From: Octopus bimaculoides
Lineage: Eukaryota
Direction of reading: 5' to 3'
Length of the DNA stretch: 58,138 bases
NCBI RefSeq assembly: GCF_001194135.2
Contig: NC_068982.1
Span: 54,855,110 to 54,913,247 of the forward strand
Within the stretch, counting starts at the first letter, position 1. The number at the start of each line of letters is the position of its first letter. Under the pieces are notes generated by a model, which did no database searches, was not told the DNA's origin, and saw only the letters and a list, made by a program, of their open reading frames with translations. This document shows positions 52,931-58,138 of this stretch, in pieces. A program made the translations under genes and the position numbers.

Positions 52931-53024
52931 CTATCTCTCTATCTCTATCTCTCTCTCCCTCTCTGTGTACACAATTAAAGCAATACTAAATTAAAACATC
53001 TATTTTTATCTTTTAATTTTTATC

Positions 53025-53175
53025 GACTTCAGTCATTAGACTGGAGTCGAATAAATCGACTCCACTACTTATCTTTTTTTTTAAGTCTGGTACTTATTCT
53101 ATCGGTTTCTGTTTGCCGAAATGCTAAGTTACAAAATTGTAAACAAACCGACACCGGTTGTCAAGAGGTAGTGTG
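53025..53175 (-). mobile_element. SINE family B fragment
   Basis: Reverse complement of the cttgacaaccggtgtcgg...taacttagcatttcggcaaa...gataga block. Confidence 0.6.
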
Positions 53176-53244
53176 AGACAAATACAGACACAAAGACACA
53201 CACATACACACATACATGCATATACACACACAAACACGCACACT

Positions 53245-53294
<50 letters not shown>

Positions 53295-53315
53295 TGTGCA
53301 TATATATATATACGA

Positions 53316-53698
53316 CGGACTTCATTTAGTTTCCCTCTACAAAATACACTTAGATGCGATCAAAGTCAAGAATCCTTGACCTGCCCACCAAATCATGATG
53401 TCTAAGCCACATACTGTTAGAACTTAATTGGCGCGCTCACCAAGCCATAATATCTAATCCACGAGCTGATTGGTCAAGATACTGTTCCTAAGACTCAGCT
53501 TGTTGGAGCCCATCGGAGGGTATTTAAAGGATAAATCCAACCATTTCACTACAGTTTCCAATTGTTGAACACGATTTTCACNNNNNNNNNNNNNNNNNNN
53601 NNNNNNNNNNNGTGTGTGTGTGTGCGTGCGTGTGTTATATTATATATATACACACATACATGCACACATCCACCATCAGGTTATCCATAGTTACATAC

Positions 53699-53729
<31 letters not shown>

Positions 53730-53737
53730 TGTATGTA

Positions 53738-53772
<35 letters not shown>

Positions 53773-54536
53773 ATGTACGTAGTGGTCGAGTCGATAAATT
53801 ACTTGCGCCTTTTTATCAAACCAATGCAACCTGACTCGCAACACTCCAGCTTGTTATGGAACTTAAGCCTGTAAAAAAGTAATCTTAACAAAATTGAAGA
53901 TGTAAAAGAAGTAAACTCACGGAGAAGGTAAAAGGCGGACAGGGAGGAAAAACTAAAGAACGAAAGATATGAAGTAAGAAGTAATAAGAAAATTAGGAGA
54001 GATCGTGAAAATAAAATACAGACATAGTTAAAATAGTAATCTAAAAAACGATGGCAACGAAACACGATGAAAGAAATGCAGAAAGAAATACGAAACAAAG
54101 AAATGAAAACCTCGTTGATTACTAAATCGGGGGTATTCTACAATAGAATGTTCAATGTAAATGGTTCTTCTAAGATTACAACGTTTTACTTCGAGTAAAG
54201 TAGGATAAACTAGATACTGGGATACGATTAAGAAAACTGTAGTTTTAGGAACGAGGTGATGAAAGGAGATAGGAAATGACCTCCCGATTATTTGATGTGT
54301 GTGCGTGAGAGAGAGAGAGAGAACAGTAGTAAACGAGTGAAGAAAATATATATATATATATAGTGCGTGTGTTTATTTCAGAAAAAACAAAAATGTTCAT
54401 CCCGAAATACAACAACATCGGTTTCAACACACGAACCTTGCAAAACGAGCTGATAAACGTATATATGTGTGTGCGCGCGCGCGCGTGTGTACGTGTGTGT
54501 GCGTGTGTTTGTGCGTGTGTGCGTGTGTACATGTGT

Positions 54537-54575
<39 letters not shown>

Positions 54576-54984
54576 CATATACATTAATATTTGTTTTTAT
54601 GTCAAGCTATAAGTAAAAGCAATTTAGCCTTAAACTGGGGGATTACTCAGTAGTTTTTAGTAAACAACATATCTATAATCTTTTACGAATTTAGCAATCA
54701 ACACTTTCCTTGTAATAGTGAACGTGTATGCGCGCGCGTGTGCCTGTGTGTTGCGCGCGCGTAGATATTGCTTTTATCATTATATTTCTCTAGCATTATT
54801 TCTTACTTTAGACAGCAGCGCGGTGGTGTTACCACATTAAGCTTCTTTTATTATTAATTGAGAGTGAATAAGGAAATAAAGATAGACGAGTGGCAGCACA
54901 TAATCCTGTTGTTAATAGACAAGCCAAATACCTTCCGATATATTTATGATAATCTAATCTAAGGAGGAATTTGTTAATTTGCTG

Positions 54985-55019
<35 letters not shown>

Positions 55020-55438
55020 NNNNNNNNNNNNNCACACACACGGACTTCATTTAGTTTCCCTCTACAAAATACACTTAGATGCGGTCAAAGTCAAGAATCC
55101 TTGACCTGACCACCAAATCATGATGTCTAAGCCACATACTGGTTGGTTGAAATACAGTTAGAACTTAATTGGCGCGCTCACCAAGCCATAATATCTAATC
55201 CACGAGCTGATTGGTCAAGATACTGTTCCTAAGACTCAGCTTGTTGGAGCCCATCGGAGGGTATTTAAAGGATAAATCCAACCATTTCACTACAGTTTCC
55301 AATTGTTGAACACGATTTTCACTACATAAACCTGATTATTGCATAATGCATGTAAGTACTAGTTTATTTCAATATTGTAGAATTGTAAAATTATAAAAAT
55401 TGCAATCAATAAAACGTGGAAATCAGATGTTGGAATTT

Positions 55439-55498
<60 letters not shown>

Positions 55499-55585
55499 CG
55501 TGTGTTATATTATATATATACACACATACATGCACACATACATGCACACATACATGCACACATCCACCATCAGGTTATCCATAGT
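53316..55585. repeat. Direct duplication (53316-53690 vs 55041-55585)
   Basis: ~265 bp of non-microsatellite sequence is near-identical in both copies, with a ~16-bp indel (ggttggttgaaataca); both copies abut N gaps. Confidence 0.85.
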
Positions 55586-56299
55586 GCGTGTGCGTGTGTG
55601 TACACGCATGCGTGCGTCCGTATAGCAAGAGAACAAAGAATTACTTAGGAGCTGCCCTTTTTGTTATGTTAGATTTCATTAGCGTGTTCTCAGTTCTCAA
55701 AAACAAGGTGATATTGCATGCTTTAGTTAGGTGTTGAATAGCTGTTAGAACTAATTCGGATCATTTGACAAGTTGTAAATCTTTGATTATCCACGTATGT
55801 GATAATTATCGTAGTGTGATTTAATATCCATGAGCCGCTTTATCTCTGTTCAAAACACCTTTCGAGAATACGTTTTTGTCAATACTTAAGTACCTGTAGC
55901 ATTTTTGTATATTACAAGGAAAATAGAAAGATCGCTTGTGGAAATGTTTCGGATTTGCAAACTCTCCAATGTCAGGCGTTACATCACTAACAGCCGGTAT
56001 CTTACTGGCTTGAAACTCAAGAATAACCAAAAGGATACGGGAGATAATACCCACGGAGATAATACCCCCTAATATAATATGTGAGATAATACCCACCAAT
56101 ACGAATCTCGAGATGTTAAATATCAACCAGACAGATGAGACGTCAGCAGCAGGTATAGACAATGTAAAAATCACTAATGCTCACCCTTCAGACGTCCCGA
56201 ATCAAGTACAAGCGGCTCATAAGTAAAGCAATGACAAAACAGCATAATCAGAGCAAACATCCTACAGAAATGCCGGGGAAAATGACTGTTGAAGAATAA

Positions 56300-57550
56300 T
56301 TTGTAATCTGAACGAAGAGCACCGCATTAAAGATGTTATTAGATTGGGTAACGTAGCCATTCGAAATATCAAATTATTGAATCGAACAGAAATCAACATC
56401 CTACTTCAACTATAGGAAATACAGAGGATGGAACTGAGCAAAACATCAACAAAAAGCAAGAAAAGAAACAATCTGCTTGAAAGGAGAATTTCGATATCAC
56501 GAAACTGCAAGGAGAACTTTGAGTTCTGAGAGAAATCGTAAACGACTCCAGCATTAAAGAAAGGAAACAACTGGAACGAATTCTCTACGTTTAAACTGTG
56601 AATCTACCCAACATCCATAAGTACCTCAAATAGACCTATACAATAGCATTATGAAGAATCCAAAGATTATAGTCAGAAGGATCGCAGAACCCGAATAATT
56701 ACAGACCCATAATCTGCTTACCAACAACGTACAAGATCATCCCCATTATCGCCGAGGACCTATCGTTTTCGCAGCAAAACAACCTGTTACAGACTGAAGA
56801 CATAGAAAAGAAGTTAAAGATGCAAGGACTGGCTACTCATCAATAAAGTCATGTTCCTAAGAAAAATAACGAATCAATAGTATCGATCAATTATTTCAAG
56901 AAGGTTTTTGACAGGAAGCAACTCTCTTGGATAGAGACGTACCTCAAGAAATACAGATTCTGTTCAAAAGTTACCAAATTACTCGTGGAGAACACGAAGA
57001 CCTGGGATGTCTCCCTGCATCGAAATCCAAGATGGATCTGTATCTCTATTGCTTTTCTGTCTAGCTCTAACACCACTCGTTTATCTACTGAACAACAACT
57101 GCAGCTATAGGTATAACTCACAGAATGTGAGGCAGAACCATGTGTTCTACACTGACCACCTGGAGATGTCTACCAAGGACGATAACAAGTAGAAGGATCT
57201 AATCACTATCAACAGGATCATCAGCGACGACATTAAAATGAAGTTCGGGATTTCCGAGTATGCGAAAGGTGCCTTCGATAAAAAATAAAAAAAACTGACC
57301 AAGACTGCAAACCTAAACCTTATTATTATCACTAGAATCAAGGGCCTAAGTCAGGATGGCAGATAAAGTATCCAGGAGGGGACAGAGATAGCGAACAAGT
57401 TTCAGCTATGAAAGAAATGATTCGGGGAGAAGCATTACAAGAGAGTGTATATAGTATTTAAAATGAATTGAATGCAATTAAGACATGATGCTATTAGCAC
57501 CTTCACAATACTCGTAGCGACGTATAGCTTCATTAGAAACTGATAGCACA
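56300..57550 (+). mobile_element. Decayed R4/Dong-like RT remnant
   Basis: EGSQNPNNYRPIICLPTTYKII, NHVFYTDHLEM (cf. NHLxYMDDLK), DDIKMKFGISEYAK. Confidence 0.7.
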
Positions 57551-57577
57551 TCAAAATACTGAAAACCAAATCAAAGA

Positions 57578-58112
57578 CAGGTGCTTACCACACAGGTCCT
57601 GAGGACAGCTGATATCTTGAGTATTGAGGTGGCGGGGCACAGGCACCGGTTACGTTGGACTGGATACCTTATTAAAATGAAGGATAGCAGGATCCCTAAG
57701 CAGATGCTGTATGGGGAACTTGTGAATGGAAAGAGACCCCGAAAGAAACCAAGTCTGCGGTTTAAGGTCTGTGTCAAGTCCTCATTAAAGGTCTGTGATA
57801 TGCAGGAGACTGACTGGGAGGACAATGCCTGTCATCGCCACAGATGAATGAAGCAGGTTAAGGAGGGGGTCGACACTTTTGAGAGAGCACGTATTCAGCA
57901 TGAACTTAAACGTGCTGCTCGAAAGCACATTGCTGGTGTAGTGAATGCGGAAAGCTTGGTTTGCAATGTTTGCAGACGTGTATGCTTGTCAAGAGCAGGG
58001 CTCATTAGCCACCAACGGAGCCGCAAATGCAAAATGTAAGTTAGTCCTAGAGCGCACAATGTTCCTTAAGGTCAACAATGGTCTTCCTCGGTCACGAGTG
58101 GACGGCCATCAT
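57578..58112 (+). mobile_element. RTE-clade LINE 3' end with C2H2 finger and 3'UTR
   Basis: RLRWTGYLIKMKDSRIPKQMLYGELVNGKRPRKKPSLRFK...CNVCRRVCLSRAGLISHQRS; one in-frame stop at 57845-57847; 3'UTR ending ggacggccatcat before a microsatellite. Confidence 0.85.
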
Positions 58113-58138
58113 GTATATATATATATATATATATATAT

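Overview
Eukaryotic, AT-rich, microsatellite-saturated draft-assembly DNA with many N gaps. The repeat repertoire (tRNA-derived SINEs with (ATT)n tails, CA/TA/TATG/TATC runs) strongly suggests a cephalopod (Octopus-like) genome; this is inferred from pattern recognition, not a search. I cannot recognise any intact host protein-coding gene, and almost all long ORFs in the track are artefacts of N gaps or simple repeats. The window is a transposon graveyard. It holds remnants of Penelope-like elements (GIY-YIG linker, RT thumb, terminal repeats carrying minimal hammerhead-ribozyme motifs), R4/Dong-like RLE LINEs (at least 5 pieces), RTE and CR1-like LINE 3' ends, three mariner (DD34D) remnants, a maT element with verifiable DD37D spacing, two Helitrons (one with both canonical ends, one with a helicase C-terminus), and about 15 SINE copies. 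The most notable observations are: (i) three hammerhead-like motifs within 400 bp at 10.47-10.86 kb, two of them in a ~143-bp inverted repeat; (ii) a tandem repeat copy whose 5' boundary falls at a predicted GUC self-cleavage site (16052); (iii) a 3-kb pile-up of same-strand SINEs and Dong-like LINE ends inside (AAT)n tracts; (iv) a ~126-bp foldback element at 24.9-25.4 kb. These are variants of known classes; I see no supportable evidence for a wholly new system.
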